Origin: Longimicrobiales bacterium
GTDB taxonomy: Bacteria; Gemmatimonadota; Gemmatimonadetes; Longimicrobiales; Gaopeijiaceae
Direction: 5' to 3'
NCBI GenBank assembly: GCA_965202985.1
Contig: CBDBCF010000001.1
Location: forward strand, 2,400,001 to 2,464,000
Length of the DNA: 64,000 nt
Every line of letters starts with the position of its first letter. Within the stretch, counting starts at the first letter, position 1. The position numbers and the translations under genes are program-made. The notes under the pieces were generated by a model. It saw only the letters and a program-made list of their open reading frames with translations. It was not told where the DNA came from and made no database searches. Below are positions 22,347 to 33,563 of the stretch, piece after piece.

Positions 22347-24889
22347 TTGAGCCACGCAGCGTCCCAGCTACGCTCCGAGCCATCCGCGAGGTCATGGACC
22401 TGACGCAGGAGGAGCTTGCCGAGCGACTCGACGTGTCCTTCGCCAGCGTCAACCGCTGGGAGGGCGGCAAGGTCAAGCCGCAGCGAGCGTCCAGAGAGGC
22501 CATCGCGGCACTGGCCGAGGAGGCCGGCGTTGACTGGATGGCGGCGAATTCCGAGAACGCCCCAGAGGGGTCTGCCGAACCACACAGCCCTGCGCGACGG
22601 CGGAAGACGAGGAAGAGCGGCCGCGCGGCCGAGACCTCGGGGGCGTCCGACACCGCGGCCATGGAGAAGATGCTGTGGAGCGCCGCCTGTTCGATCCGCG
22701 GCGAACGGGACGCAGCGAAGTTCAAGGACTATCTGTTGCCGCTCCTGTTCTTGAAGCGCCTGTCCGACGTATTCGACGACGAGATCGCTCGACTCGAAGC
22801 CGAGTACGGGAACGCGGACGTTGCCAGGGAGATCGCCGAGGAGGATCACGACCTTCTTCGCTTCTACTTGCCACCGGAGGCCCGCTGGGCGGTGATCAGC
22901 GGCCGGAAACCTTGCGAATGGCCACGCGGCGGCGCCCCGAGGGACGTCGGGGAGCATCTGACCAAGGCCGTGCGGGCGGTCGTGCGCGAGAACCCTTCCC
23001 TGTCCGGCGTCATCGATGTCGTGGACTTTGCGGGGGAGCGCAACGGCGAGCGCGATGTCAACCCGGCCAAGCTCGCACAGGTCATCGAGACTTTTTCGGA
23101 CCCCGACTACCGCCTTGGCCTTGCAGACGTCCAGCCCGACTTTTTGGGCCGCGCCTACGAGTTCCTGCTGCGCAAGTTCGCGGAGGGATCGGGCAGAAGC
23201 GGAGGCGAATTCTTCACGCCGACGGAGGTCGCCTTCCTGATGGCGCACATCATGCGCCCAAAGCCTGGCGACAAGTGCCACGACTACGCCTGCGGATCGG
23301 CCGGCCTGCTGCTCAAGCTCCAGCTGGTCGCCCAAGAACTTGATCCCACGACCCGCGTGCCCCTCAAGCTGGCCGGTCAAGAACTCCAGGCCGAGAGCTA
23401 CGCCACTGCCAAGATGAACGCCATCATCCACGACATGGACGTGGAGGTCGCGCGCGGCGACACGATGATCAACCCGAAGTTCAAGACCGCCTCCGGCAAG
23501 ATCGACACTCACGACATCGTGGTTGCCAACCCAATGTGGAACCAGCCGTTCAATCCGGATACCTTTGCCAACGACCCCTTCGACCGTTTCCGTCCCGCCG
23601 GAGGGCCGACCAGCGGAAAGGGCGACTGGGCATGGCTCCAGCACACGCTGGCGTGCTTGAACGAGCGGGGTCGCGCCGCCGTGGTGCTGGACACCGGCGC
23701 CGTGACGCGCGGCTCCGGCACAAAGCACGAAGACAAGGAGCGGAACATCCGCAAGTGGTTCGTGGACAACGACCTGATCGAGGGCGTGATTCTCCTCCCG
23801 GACAATCTGTTCTACAACACGACGGCCGCAGGTGTGATCGTGGTGCTGTCGAAGGACAAGCCGCCGGAACGGAGGGGGAAGGTGGTGTTGCTGGATGCTA
23901 GCGACTGGGCGCGCAGCGGGAGAGCCAAGAACCATTTGCCCCAGGCGGCTATTCCGGCTTTGGCCGCCATGTTTCTAGATGCAGATACGACGATCCATCA
24001 GGTTGCAGTTGTGTCGACAAGTGAGATCGCAGCAGTAGACTATAGCCTTATTCCTAGCCGATGGACGACGCAGACACGTACAAGAACAACAAACGGCGAT
24101 CAATTGGATGATCTTGTAGCCTCCCTGAGTCGATTGTCTTTGGAGCATTCTAGATTGGAGCAAAAAATGTTGTCGATGCTTGCATCTCTGTCCATGGACC
24201 ATGTAGCGGCTCCACTCTCAGACTGGCGGCATACGGAGATAGGCGACGTAACGATTCCAGTCTCAGTTTGGAATCCTCGACGTGAGCCTCGACCATCAAT
24301 TCGGTACGTCGACGTTTCCGGTGTATCGCGCGATACACTCACAATCACGAAGGAAGTCGAGTACCGACGCCCCGAGACCATACCCAGCCGGGCGCGCAAA
24401 ATCGTGCATGCCGGAGACACGATCTTTGCCACTATACGTCCGGCATTGCGGCGGATAGCACAAATCCCTGATCGACTTCATGGAGAAATAGTATCGACGG
24501 CCTTCTGTGTATTGAGGGCCGATCCCAACGTAATTGACTCCGATTACCTGTTTCATGTAATGCAACTCGACACAGTCGTCAGCGACATTTCGTCGTTGGA
24601 AACAGGTGCAAGCTATCCCGCTGTTCGTGACACTGATGTCCTAGCTCAGCGAATACCAGTGCCACCACTAGCGGAACAGCGGGTAATCGTATCTGTCCTG
24701 AGCGGAGTCAGAGAAAGAGTTCGTCTGTATCGCACCCAAGAAGGTGTCACGGGACAACTGTACAGAGCATTGTTGCATAGGATTGCTACTGGCCGAACTC
24801 GAGTGATCGCCGCGCGGTCTCAGGATCAGGGATGCCGTTGGATCGGAAAGAGTCGCCCCCGGACAGCAGGAGTATCCCATGACCACTGA
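22343..24889 (+). CDS. hsdM: Fusion of XRE HTH + type I methyltransferase (HsdM) + single HsdS-like TRD
   Basis: [50 protein letters not shown]-terminal [20 protein letters not shown]...STAFCVLR...GASYPAV...[12 protein letters not shown]. Confidence 0.85.
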   Translation: MIEPRSVPATLRAIREVMDLTQEELAERLDVSFASVNRWEGGKVKPQRASREAIAALAEEAGVDWMAANSENAPEGSAEPHSPARRRKTRKSGRAAETSGASDTAAMEKMLWSAACSIRGERDAAKFKDYLLPLLFLKRLSDVFDDEIARLEAEYGNADVAREIAEEDHDLLRFYLPPEARWAVISGRKPCEWPRGGAPRDVGEHLTKAVRAVVRENPSLSGVIDVVDFAGERNGERDVNPAKLAQVIETFSDPDYRLGLADVQPDFLGRAYEFLLRKFAEGSGRSGGEFFTPTEVAFLMAHIMRPKPGDKCHDYACGSAGLLLKLQLVAQELDPTTRVPLKLAGQELQAESYATAKMNAIIHDMDVEVARGDTMINPKFKTASGKIDTHDIVVANPMWNQPFNPDTFANDPFDRFRPAGGPTSGKGDWAWLQHTLACLNERGRAAVVLDTGAVTRGSGTKHEDKERNIRKWFVDNDLIEGVILLPDNLFYNTTAAGVIVVLSKDKPPERRGKVVLLDASDWARSGRAKNHLPQAAIPALAAMFLDADTTIHQVAVVSTSEIAAVDYSLIPSRWTTQTRTRTTNGDQLDDLVASLSRLSLEHSRLEQKMLSMLASLSMDHVAAPLSDWRHTEIGDVTIPVSVWNPRREPRPSIRYVDVSGVSRDTLTITKEVEYRRPETIPSRARKIVHAGDTIFATIRPALRRIAQIPDRLHGEIVSTAFCVLRADPNVIDSDYLFHVMQLDTVVSDISSLETGASYPAVRDTDVLAQRIPVPPLAEQRVIVSVLSGVRERVRLYRTQEGVTGQLYRALLHRIATGRTRVIAARSQDQGCRWIGKSRPRTAGVSHDH

Positions 24890-26282
24890 CCAACTCGCCC
24901 TTCTTGTCGAATTCGGCGAATCCGAGACGTTGGAACTGAAGACGACGACAGGCGGCCGCCGCGAGGCTGCGCGGACCATATGCGCTATGCTCAACCAGCG
25001 CGGCGGCTACGTGATGTTCGGGGTCAAGCCGGATGGTGCGGTCGTGGGACAGCAGGTCAGCGACCGGACATTGGAGGAACTTGGCGCGGAGATTGGCCGG
25101 ATTCAGCCGGCGGCCTACCCAGAGGTGATTCGCGTGAATGTGGCGAATGGGCGCGACGTGGTCGTCGTGCGGGTGAAGGCGGGCGAGGGCAAGCCGTACA
25201 CCTACCGAAGCCAGGGCTACCGGCGCGTGGGCAACGTTACGCTGCCGATGTCGGCGGACGAGCATGGTCGGGCGGTCTTGGAGCGGTACCACAAGAGCGA
25301 CCGCTGGGAGAACCAGGAAGCTGGAGGATGGTCGATCGACGACCTCGACGGAGACGAGGTTCGGAATACGGTCGCAGAGGCCGTGCGGCGGGAACGGTTG
25401 GACGAACCGGAGCGTAGAGGTGTCGAGGACCTGTTGCTCGGACTGGGCCTGATACAGGGTGACGTGGTGTATCGGGCCGCCGCCGTGCTGTTCGGCAAGC
25501 GCGAGCGCTTGGAGGTGGACTTTCCTCAGTGCTTACTTCGCGTGGCTCGGTTTCGCGGGGTGGATCGGTCGAAGTTTCTCGACAACCGCCAGTTCGCTGG
25601 CAACGCTTTCGAACTGTTGCGAGCGGGCGAACGGTTCCTACGCGAGTGGGTGCCCATCGCGGGACGGTTCGACCCGAACCGGTTCGACCGAATCGACGAG
25701 CCCTTGTACCCGGCCTTGGCGACCAGGGAGGCGCTGGCGAACGCTCTCTGTCACCGTGACTACGCCGTCTTCGGCGGTTCCATCGGACTGGCTATGTACG
25801 ACGACCGGTTGGAGATCACGTCGCCCGGCCCGTTGCACTTTGGATTGACGCCAGAGGATCTTTTTGAGCCGCACCGGTCCCGGCCGTGGAATCCCTGGAT
25901 CGCCCGAACGTTCTATCGCAGAGGCATCATCGAGACGTGGGGCACGGGGACAATCAGGATGGCCGAGACGGCAGTCGCTGCCGGGTTGCCCCGTCCCGAG
26001 ATCGAGGAGCAGGGCGACTCCGTGATCGTCCGGTTCCAACACGGACAAGTCGGCCCCGAGGGTGTCGCGGAAGGGGCGGTTCCGGCGAGGACGGAGGTGC
26101 TGGTGCTTCTGGATGGTGCTGTTGGGGGCATGACCCGCAGGGAGATCCTTTCGGGGATGCGGGGTAGCGTGAGCGAGGCGCAGCTGCGAAGAATGTTGGA
26201 GGAACTCCGAGACGAAGGGCTAGTGCAGTTGCGTGGTACGGGCTGGTCTGCTCGGTGGATGCGGACTAAGGCGTCAAGGTGA
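24879..26282 (+). CDS. AlbA_2/Schlafen-like domain + HATPase_c_4 (RecG-C-like) + wHTH protein
   Basis: GESETLELK...[56 protein letters not shown]-terminal wHTH. Confidence 0.85.
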   Translation: MTTDQLALLVEFGESETLELKTTTGGRREAARTICAMLNQRGGYVMFGVKPDGAVVGQQVSDRTLEELGAEIGRIQPAAYPEVIRVNVANGRDVVVVRVKAGEGKPYTYRSQGYRRVGNVTLPMSADEHGRAVLERYHKSDRWENQEAGGWSIDDLDGDEVRNTVAEAVRRERLDEPERRGVEDLLLGLGLIQGDVVYRAAAVLFGKRERLEVDFPQCLLRVARFRGVDRSKFLDNRQFAGNAFELLRAGERFLREWVPIAGRFDPNRFDRIDEPLYPALATREALANALCHRDYAVFGGSIGLAMYDDRLEITSPGPLHFGLTPEDLFEPHRSRPWNPWIARTFYRRGIIETWGTGTIRMAETAVAAGLPRPEIEEQGDSVIVRFQHGQVGPEGVAEGAVPARTEVLVLLDGAVGGMTRREILSGMRGSVSEAQLRRMLEELRDEGLVQLRGTGWSARWMRTKASR

Positions 26283-26303
26283 TTGTTGGTCGGTTGCCAC
26301 AGT

Positions 26304-26500
26304 GGCGGGAATTGACGCCAAGATGGCGTCGCGGAACACGCCAAGATGGCGGGAATTGACGCCAAGATGGCGTCAAGAGGTGCCAATGACGCCAAGATGG
26401 CGTCGCGGAACACGCTAAGATGGCGTTGAGGGGGCGCTAAGATGACGCTCCAGGGGCGCCAAGATGGCGTTGGGGAGCGTCAAGATGACGCCAAGATGAC
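26304..26500. repeat. Array of ~10 imperfect palindromic repeats, consensus (GA)CGCCA-AGA-TGGCG(TC)
   Basis: Core starts at 26316, 26339, 26360, 26371, 26390, 26413, 26435, 26457, 26478, 26489. Spacings are 11 or 19-23 bp. Confidence 0.9.
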
Positions 26501-26506
26501 CTTCCC

Positions 26507-29485
26507 GTGACTGCCCGCCGGATCGACGAGGGGGCCGTCGCGCAGTTTCCGATGGTCCGGCACGCGCAGGAGGTCGGCTGGACGCCGCTGGAGCCCAAGG
26601 TGGCCACCGCCAAGCGGGGAGGTCGGGACGGCGCCTTCTTCCGCGACGAGCTTGAAGTCGCCATCCGTCGCTTCAACCCTTGGCTGACCCCTGACGCCGT
26701 CCGGTCCGTCGTGGAGAGGATCGAGGCCACGCCGCCGACGGTCGAGGGGAACCGCCAGATGCTGGGCTGGATGCGCGGGGAAAGGCAATGGTACGACGAG
26801 ACGGAGAGGCGGCAGCGGTTCGTGCGGCTGATCGACTTCGACGAACCGAACGCCAACGTCCTTCACGTCACGTGGGAGTGGTCGATCAAGCCGCCTGCCC
26901 GGCGTCGGGGAGCGCGGGCGGACCTCATGTTCGTCGTCAACGGGTTGCCCGTGGCGATCGTGGAGAACAAGAACCCGAAGCAGGCCGACGCCATCGAGCG
27001 GGGCCTGAATCAGCTGAAGCGGTACGAAGCGAGCACGCCGGAGCTGGTCGGCTCGGCCCAGCTCTTCAACGTCACGCACATGCTGGACTACTGGTACGGG
27101 GTCACGTGGAACCTGTCGCGCCGCTTCATGGCGCGCTGGAAGGAATCGTCCGGCGGCAAGGGCAAGCGCGGCTTCGACGACAGCTACCGCTTCGCCGTTC
27201 AGTCCTTCTTCGAGCCGACGGACTTCCTGCGGACGCTCCGCGACTGGATTCTGTTCTACGTCGAGGACGGCGAGACGCGGAAAACGGTGTTGCGACAGCA
27301 CCAGCGCCGGGCCGCGGCGCGCGTGGTCGAACGATGCGCCGAGCCGAGGAAGCGACGGGGTCTGGTCTGGCACACCCAAGGTTCGGGCAAGACCTTCACG
27401 CTCCTCACGGCGGCCCGGCTGCTGCTCCAGGACCGTGCGCGCTTCCAATCGCCCACCGTCATTGTCGTGGTGGACCGGATCGACCTTGAGGGGCAGCTCC
27501 GAGAGTGGGTCGAGCGTCTGCTGGGCGAGATGCAGCAGCAGGACATCGCGGTGCACCAAGCCGGCTCCAAGGCCGAGCTGGCGGAGCTGCTCCGGACCGA
27601 CAGGCGCGGGCTGATCCTGTCGATGATCCACAAGTTCGAGGGGCTCGACAGGGACGCGAACACGCGCGACAGCGTCTTCGTCTTCATCGACGAGGCGCAC
27701 CGATCCGTCGCCCGCGACCTGGGCACCTACCTCATGGGCGCGGTGCCGAACGCCACCATCGTCGGCTTCACCGGCACGCCGATCGCCAAGACCGAGCACG
27801 GCCAGGGGACGTTCAAGATATTCGGGGTCGACGACGAGAAGGGCTATCTGCACAAGTACACGATCGCCGAGTCGATCGAGGACGAGACCACGCTCCCGAT
27901 CCGCCACGTCATGGCGCCCAGCGAGACGACCGTGCCGGCCCAGCAGCTGGACGACGAGTTCTTCGCCCTAGCCGCCGCAGAGGGCGTCACCGACGTAGAC
28001 GAGCTCAACAAGGTCCTGGACCACGCAGTCGGGCTGCGCGCCTTCCTGACGGCCGACGACCGCGTGGACAAGGTTGCGGCTTACGTCGCCCGCCACTTCC
28101 GCAAGAACGTGCAGCCTCTGGGGTACAAGGCATTCCTGGTCGGCGTGAACCGGGAGGCTTGCGCCAAGTACAAGCTGGCGCTCGACAAGCTGCTTCCGCC
28201 GGAGTGGACTGTGCCCGTCTACACCGAGAACCCCGACGACGTCGTGAAGCGGCCGATCGTCGCGGAGCTTCAGCTGTCGCGGGACCAAGAGGATGAAGCG
28301 CGGCTGATGTTCAAGAAGACGGGCGAGAACCCCAGAATCCTCGTCGTGACCGACAAGCTGCTCACGGGGTTCGACGCGCCGCTGCTGTACTGCATGTACC
28401 TGGACAAGCCCATGCGCGACCATGTGCTTCTGCAAGCGATTGCCCGCGTGAACCGGCCTCACGTGGACCCCGACACCGGCGCCCGCAAGCGGATCGGGCT
28501 CGTGGTGGACTTCGTGGGCGTGCTTCAGGCGCTGGAGAAGGCGCTGCGCTTCGAATCGGCCGACGTGAGCGGGGTCGTCGAGGGCATCGACGTGCTTCTT
28601 GGGGAGTTCCGGGACAAGCTGGCCCAAGCAGAGGCGAAGTACCTCTCCCCGGCGGCTGAGGGAGCCGCCGACGCTTGGCTGGAACAGCGCGTCTACGAGC
28701 AGCTTCGCGATCCGGCCGCGCGCAACGAGTTCTTCGATTCCTATAAGGAGATCGAGGCGCTGATGGAGATACTGTCGCCCTCCGACGAGCTGCGCGACCA
28801 CCTGGATTCCTACAAATTGCTGGCCGGCCTCTACGCGGCCACGCAGGTTGCGTACGCCCGCAAGGTGGACTACGTGGCCGACCTGGCCGCCAAGACGCGC
28901 GTCATGGTTCAGCGGAACGCGGTCACGGAAGGGCTGGGCCACGCCCCGCGAGCGGTCACCTTCGACCTGAAGACGGTGGAGGCGCTACGGGGCGGGCCGG
29001 AGCGCGACGAGGCCAAGGTGTTCAACTTGCTGCGCGGGATGCGGAGGGCGATCGACGACAACGCCGAGCTGGCCGCCGTCCTGTTGCCGTTGCAGGAGCG
29101 CGCCGAGCGCGTGCAGCACGACCTGGAGGCGCGCAGGATATCGTCGGTGGAAGCGTTCGAATTGCTCGCCGGGCTGGCCAAGGAAAAGGACGACGCGCTT
29201 GTCGCGGCAGAGGAGAGCGGGCTGTCCGCGAGAGCCTTCGGAGTCTACTGGGAGCTGCGGAACGAGTCGTCCCTGACGAAGGTGGGAATGTCGGCCATGG
29301 AGCTGGCCCGCTTGGCCGACGACCTGCTGGTCCGCTTTCCCAGTGCGAAGCGCAGCGTGCAGGAGAACCGCTTGTTGAGGGGACACTTGTACAGTCCGCT
29401 GCTCAAGCTGACCGTCGGCGATCGCAAGCGACTCGTGGACCGCATCATGGACCTCGTGCTGGGCGTGTCCGGTGACGACGACTGA
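26507..29485 (+). CDS. hsdR: Type I restriction endonuclease subunit R
   Basis: [56 protein letters not shown]. Confidence 0.93.
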   Translation: MTARRIDEGAVAQFPMVRHAQEVGWTPLEPKVATAKRGGRDGAFFRDELEVAIRRFNPWLTPDAVRSVVERIEATPPTVEGNRQMLGWMRGERQWYDETERRQRFVRLIDFDEPNANVLHVTWEWSIKPPARRRGARADLMFVVNGLPVAIVENKNPKQADAIERGLNQLKRYEASTPELVGSAQLFNVTHMLDYWYGVTWNLSRRFMARWKESSGGKGKRGFDDSYRFAVQSFFEPTDFLRTLRDWILFYVEDGETRKTVLRQHQRRAAARVVERCAEPRKRRGLVWHTQGSGKTFTLLTAARLLLQDRARFQSPTVIVVVDRIDLEGQLREWVERLLGEMQQQDIAVHQAGSKAELAELLRTDRRGLILSMIHKFEGLDRDANTRDSVFVFIDEAHRSVARDLGTYLMGAVPNATIVGFTGTPIAKTEHGQGTFKIFGVDDEKGYLHKYTIAESIEDETTLPIRHVMAPSETTVPAQQLDDEFFALAAAEGVTDVDELNKVLDHAVGLRAFLTADDRVDKVAAYVARHFRKNVQPLGYKAFLVGVNREACAKYKLALDKLLPPEWTVPVYTENPDDVVKRPIVAELQLSRDQEDEARLMFKKTGENPRILVVTDKLLTGFDAPLLYCMYLDKPMRDHVLLQAIARVNRPHVDPDTGARKRIGLVVDFVGVLQALEKALRFESADVSGVVEGIDVLLGEFRDKLAQAEAKYLSPAAEGAADAWLEQRVYEQLRDPAARNEFFDSYKEIEALMEILSPSDELRDHLDSYKLLAGLYAATQVAYARKVDYVADLAAKTRVMVQRNAVTEGLGHAPRAVTFDLKTVEALRGGPERDEAKVFNLLRGMRRAIDDNAELAAVLLPLQERAERVQHDLEARRISSVEAFELLAGLAKEKDDALVAAEESGLSARAFGVYWELRNESSLTKVGMSAMELARLADDLLVRFPSAKRSVQENRLLRGHLYSPLLKLTVGDRKRLVDRIMDLVLGVSGDDD

Positions 29486-29798
29486 CGCCCTCCGCAGCCG
29501 CGTACATTCGTGGGCAACCCGCCTCGACGTGCAACCCAAGTCGATTCGGATTCGACGGATGACGCGGAAGTGGGGCTCCTGCTCCACGGCGGGCAACGTG
29601 ACGCTGGCCGCCGACTTGGCCGACCAGCCGCCGGGGTTCCAGGACTTCGTGGTCGCTCACGAACTGCTCCACCTCCGGGTGCCCAACCACAGCAAGCTGT
29701 TCAAGGCGCTGATGACGGCCTACGTGCCCGACTGGCGAGAGCACGACCTCCGGCGGCGGGGGCCGACTTGCGCTCTCGGACGCGACGCATCACGTTGA
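29472..29798 (+). CDS. Short M48/YgjP (DUF45/SprT-like) metallopeptidase
   Basis: [32 protein letters not shown] common hsdR neighbour. Confidence 0.8.
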   Translation: MTTTDALRSRVHSWATRLDVQPKSIRIRRMTRKWGSCSTAGNVTLAADLADQPPGFQDFVVAHELLHLRVPNHSKLFKALMTAYVPDWREHDLRRRGPTCALGRDASR

Positions 29799-29961
29799 AC
29801 CAACTCGGTGCGCCGGGCATAGGAAGGAGGCGTTTCGGCAGCGAAGCCGTCGGCCGGGGACAGGACATGGCGCCGTTCCCGCCCAGCCAAACAGGGCGAT
29901 TCGTTGCTCGTCGCAACGAGTTGCGATGCTAGAACCTGTGAATTTCCTGCGGAACTTCGGG

Positions 29962-30768
29962 CTAGCGCTTCGGCATAACCTTGAAGAGATGACCGGAAGG
30001 ACCCAGCAGATACGCAAGTCGCCGTCTGGCCGAGACCGGCAGCAGGGGTCCAAGCAATCGGTATCCGGTGTAGTAGAAGGGTACCGGCCGTTCCTGGATC
30101 ACGGTCCACCCGTTCCGGACAAAGTGGGCGCGCCACCAAGCGGGGCGAAGGAACCACGGTTCGGTGAAGGCGTTGCCGCGCACTCCGACGGATTGGGGCC
30201 CTATGCATCTCCGCAAGACCTCGGCCGTTGCGCGCCTCGCGGGCGGGGCGAACGGCGGGGCGGGATGATGGGACGCCGGAGCGTCTTCGCGCCGCATCAG
30301 TCGTTCCATGGCCGATTTGAGCACGAACAACTGATAGAACACGAGACGCCAGATGCCCCAGAAGTGAGTCGGAACGACATGGACGCACGAACCGCCGGGC
30401 CGAAGGATCCGCGCCAGTTCTCGGTGCAGGGCGCGGGGGTCCGCGACGCACGGCATCACCATGCTGGACAGTGCGACGTCGAACGACTTGTCGGCGAACG
30501 GCAATCGGCGACCATCGTACTGCATGACGTCGGCAAACATTCCGGGCGCGTGACAGGAGCTCGGAAGGTCCACGGAAACCACGGGGTAGCCTCGTTGGCT
30601 CAGAAGGTGCGCTTGGTAGCCCGTGCCGCCGCCGATCTCGACAATCCGCGTCCCGTGGGGTATGGACTTCACGATCTCCGACAGCTCGAACCGCCGGACC
30701 CAATGGAGATAGTCGACAAACCAGCGCGCGTTCCAGTCGATGGGCCGCAGCAAGGCGGCACGGTTCAC
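29962..30768 (-). CDS. Class I SAM-dependent methyltransferase
   Basis: IVEIGGGTG, LPFADKSFDVALS, ELARILRPGG. Start uncertain. Confidence 0.75.
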   Translation of the reverse strand: MNRAALLRPIDWNARWFVDYLHWVRRFELSEIVKSIPHGTRIVEIGGGTGYQAHLLSQRGYPVVSVDLPSSCHAPGMFADVMQYDGRRLPFADKSFDVALSSMVMPCVADPRALHRELARILRPGGSCVHVVPTHFWGIWRLVFYQLFVLKSAMERLMRREDAPASHHPAPPFAPPARRATAEVLRRCIGPQSVGVRGNAFTEPWFLRPAWWRAHFVRNGWTVIQERPVPFYYTGYRLLGPLLPVSARRRLAYLLGPSGHLFKVMPKR

Positions 30769-30857
30769 GTGCCCGATCCCCCCGACGGGCCGGACCGATC
30801 TTCGAACCACGAACGGAATTCCGTCAGCGTCATCGGCACGAAGCGCGAGTCGACGCA

Positions 30858-30985
30858 GTGGAGAATCCCCAACACCGCCTTGAAGAAGCGTCGGGCCGGC
30901 ACCGGAGGCCGCCCTCGGTGCCCCTTCGGCCTGGACTCACCGGGAAAGTGGTGGCGAATTCGCTCCCACTGCTTTCGCTCAGCTT
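30858..30985 (-). mobile_element. IS5-family transposase N-terminal remnant
   Basis: KQWERIRHHFP...GRPPVPARRFFKAVLGIL resembles the IS5/IS427 N-terminus (QWERIxPLLP...GRP...RxVLxGIL). The rest of the gene is absent. Confidence 0.55.
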
Positions 30986-31071
30986 CACGTGCATCATGCC
31001 TAAAGGTACCCAATTCCACGCTGCCCGGCAACCACCCTATTTGAGCCGCACCGGTCCCGCCTGTGGAATCC

Positions 31072-31739
31072 GTGCTGTCCGAGCAGGTCGCGCGTTTCGC
31101 ACTCGGAGAAGTCGCCCAAGCGCAGGGACTCGGCCTTGATGCTGAAGGCGCTGCCGCCCGCAACCATCGTCTTCGCCGAACTGGAGTAGATGCGATAGTC
31201 GCGCACGTCCCGGACGCCGCACAGGACAACGCTTTGTGGGAACCGCTCGGGTCGGTGGGGATAGTCTGCCCGAAGCTGACGCAGCACCGACAGAAGGGTG
31301 TCGCCGACCAGCGAGTCGATTTCGTCGATCAGCAGCACCAGGGGCTTCTCGTTCGTCTTGGCCCAGCGGGACAGGGCCTCGCCAAAGCTGCCAGGGCCGT
31401 ACTCGGAAAAGATGCTGGACCAGTTGGCCGCCATGAAGCGATCTCCTGTCGCACTGGCCTGACGGGCAAGCTGACCCGAGTCGCACGCTCCACGTCTTCG
31501 CGCATCGCTTGTCCGGCTTCGACGTTGAAGTGGACGCAGCGGTAGTTGCCCTCGGCGTTGAGCAGGTCCTGGAGCGCCAGCATGGCGGACGTCTTGCCGG
31601 TCTGCCGGGAGGCGTGGAGCACGAAGTAGCGCTGCCGGTCGATCAGCAGCCGGAGTTCAGCGAGATCGAGCCTGGCCAGCGGCGGAATGCGGTAGTGGTC
31701 CTTCGCCGTCACGGGGCCGGACGTGTTGAAGAAGCGCAT
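31072..31739 (-). pseudogene. Frameshifted, 3'-truncated paralogue of the adjacent AAA ATPase
   Basis: MRFFNTSGPV...HASRQTGKT in one frame; LLIDEIDSLVGDTLLSVLRQLR...RDLLGQH in another, then similarity ends. Confidence 0.8.
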
Positions 31740-31756
31740 TCTCTCGATCGGCAAGA

Positions 31757-33430
31757 TCACATCCCCCAGACTGCGATCTCGGCGCCGCTCTCGGCGGTGC
31801 GGACGTCGCGGAACACCTTTTCGTCCCAACTGCGTTCTTTGTTCCGATCGAAGACGACCAAGTGTCCGGCCTCGGTGCCGCAGCGGTCCATGTACGCCGC
31901 CGTCTGCTCCACGCCATCGACCACGGTGCGGTCCAGGCCCCGGCGCTCGCGGCGAACCTTGCACTCGACCACGTACTTGCGCGTCCGCTTGCCGTCGCCC
32001 TGCGGCCACACGATCAGCAAGTCCGTGCGACCGGTCCCCAGCGCGTACTCCCGGTCGATGCGTCCGCCGCTGTTGACGACCCGCTGCAGGAACGCCTGCA
32101 AGAGCAGCTGCGGTCCCGCTTCCTTGAAGCCGTAGCGCTCGACCCAGTGCTCGGAGTTCTCGCGGTAGAACTCTTGGAACGCTTCGAGCAGCTTGCCCAA
32201 CTGCAGTGCGCCGGAGGCGTCCACGTACCAAGCCGGGTCGTGGACCAGGTCGTCCTGGGCCAGCCAAGTCAGCTCCCGGGGCACGACTTCGGCGTAGATG
32301 GGGTTGGCGATGCGGACCGGCGGATCGCGGGCGATCAGCCCCAGGTCGCGGACGTACTCCACATCTCGGGCGGTGTAGCTGGACTCGGAGGCACCGGTCA
32401 GGATCGGCTCGACCACCCGCCAGACGCGGTCCTCCTGGAGCTTGTCGGTGAGCTGGTCCAGATGCGTGTCGCGGCGCAGGATCAGTGCTTCCCGGGCGTC
32501 CAGCACGTCGGCTTCGGTCACGGAGCGCGAACGGTCCTTGGCCAGTTCGCCCCGGAAGCAGGTCTCGTAGGCGAGCGCGTTGACGAGCCACGGCTGGCCC
32601 TGGGTTTGGGTCCAGATCGCGTCCAGCGCGTCGTCGGTGAACGGCTGGCCGGTCTCTTCGGCGTGCTGTCCGAGCAAGTCGCGCGTTTCGCTCTCGGAGA
32701 AGTCGCCTAGGCGCAGGGATTCGGCCTTGATGTTGAAGGCGCTGCCGCCGGCGACCATCGTCTTCGCCGAACTGGAGTAGATGCGATAGTCGCGCACGTC
32801 CCGGACGCCGCACAGGACAACGCTTTGGGGGAAGCCCGCGGGGCGCAGATGGTATCCTGCTCGAAGCTGACGCAGCACGGAAAGCAGAGTGTCGCCCACC
32901 AGGGAATCGATTTCGTCGATCAGCAGCACCAGCGGTTTCGCGTCCGCTTGCGACCAGCGCGACACGGCCTCGCCAAGGGCGCCGGCGCCGTGCTCGGCGA
33001 AGATCCTGCGCCAAGCCCCGGTCAGGTACTGATCGCCAGCTCCAGCCCTCGCCTGCAGAGCCATTTGGCTCATCATCATCTCCGTTGCTGCCTTCACGTC
33101 TTCGCGCATTGCTTGGCCGGCCTCGACGTTGACGTAGACGCAGCGATAGTTGCCCTCATCGTTCAGAAGTTCCTCCAGCGCCAGCAGAGCGGACGTCTTG
33201 CCGGTCTGCCGGGGGGCGTGGAGCACGAAGTAGCGCTGCCTGTCGATCAGCAGCCTGAGTTCGGCGAGGTCGAGCCTGGCCAGCGGCGGGATGCGGTAGT
33301 GAAAAAGCGCACGCCCTACGGCCCCAGCACCGGGCATGCAGCAGGGCGAGGTCGGCTCCGCGTCCAGATGGGAAAACAGGCGCGCGTGGACGCCTTGCAG
33401 GTCGAATTCATCGTTCCCTCGCGGGGACAT
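31757..33430 (-). CDS. AAA ATPase with C-terminal PD-(D/E)xK nuclease-like domain; native N-terminus apparently replaced
   Basis: HAPRQTGKT, LLIDEID, REYALGTGRTDL...VVECK. Similarity to the paralogue starts only at HYRIPP (~33302). Confidence 0.8.
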   Translation of the reverse strand: MSPRGNDEFDLQGVHARLFSHLDAEPTSPCCMPGAGAVGRALFHYRIPPLARLDLAELRLLIDRQRYFVLHAPRQTGKTSALLALEELLNDEGNYRCVYVNVEAGQAMREDVKAATEMMMSQMALQARAGAGDQYLTGAWRRIFAEHGAGALGEAVSRWSQADAKPLVLLIDEIDSLVGDTLLSVLRQLRAGYHLRPAGFPQSVVLCGVRDVRDYRIYSSSAKTMVAGGSAFNIKAESLRLGDFSESETRDLLGQHAEETGQPFTDDALDAIWTQTQGQPWLVNALAYETCFRGELAKDRSRSVTEADVLDAREALILRRDTHLDQLTDKLQEDRVWRVVEPILTGASESSYTARDVEYVRDLGLIARDPPVRIANPIYAEVVPRELTWLAQDDLVHDPAWYVDASGALQLGKLLEAFQEFYRENSEHWVERYGFKEAGPQLLLQAFLQRVVNSGGRIDREYALGTGRTDLLIVWPQGDGKRTRKYVVECKVRRERRGLDRTVVDGVEQTAAYMDRCGTEAGHLVVFDRNKERSWDEKVFRDVRTAESGAEIAVWGM

Positions 33431-33563
33431 GCGAAGCCGTTCGTCGGGCGGGAGACGATCTCTCCGCTTCCTTGCTGGGCCAAGCTACGAGGTTGGGAAG
33501 CGGGTTTCAAGCTCCGTGCGGTGTGGTGGGGGCCGGACAGCCACAGGGACACTTGCCTGCCGC

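Noticed and set aside
25913..26418. Small ORFs across the array (TPRWR / DAILAS repeats)
   Set aside because: Their periodicity is a by-product of the DNA repeat; unit lengths are mostly not multiples of 3 and the ORFs overlap the AlbA gene.
26304..26500. CRISPR array
   Set aside because: Repeats are 13-17 bp, spacers are at most ~10 bp and partly duplicated, and there are no cas genes in the window.
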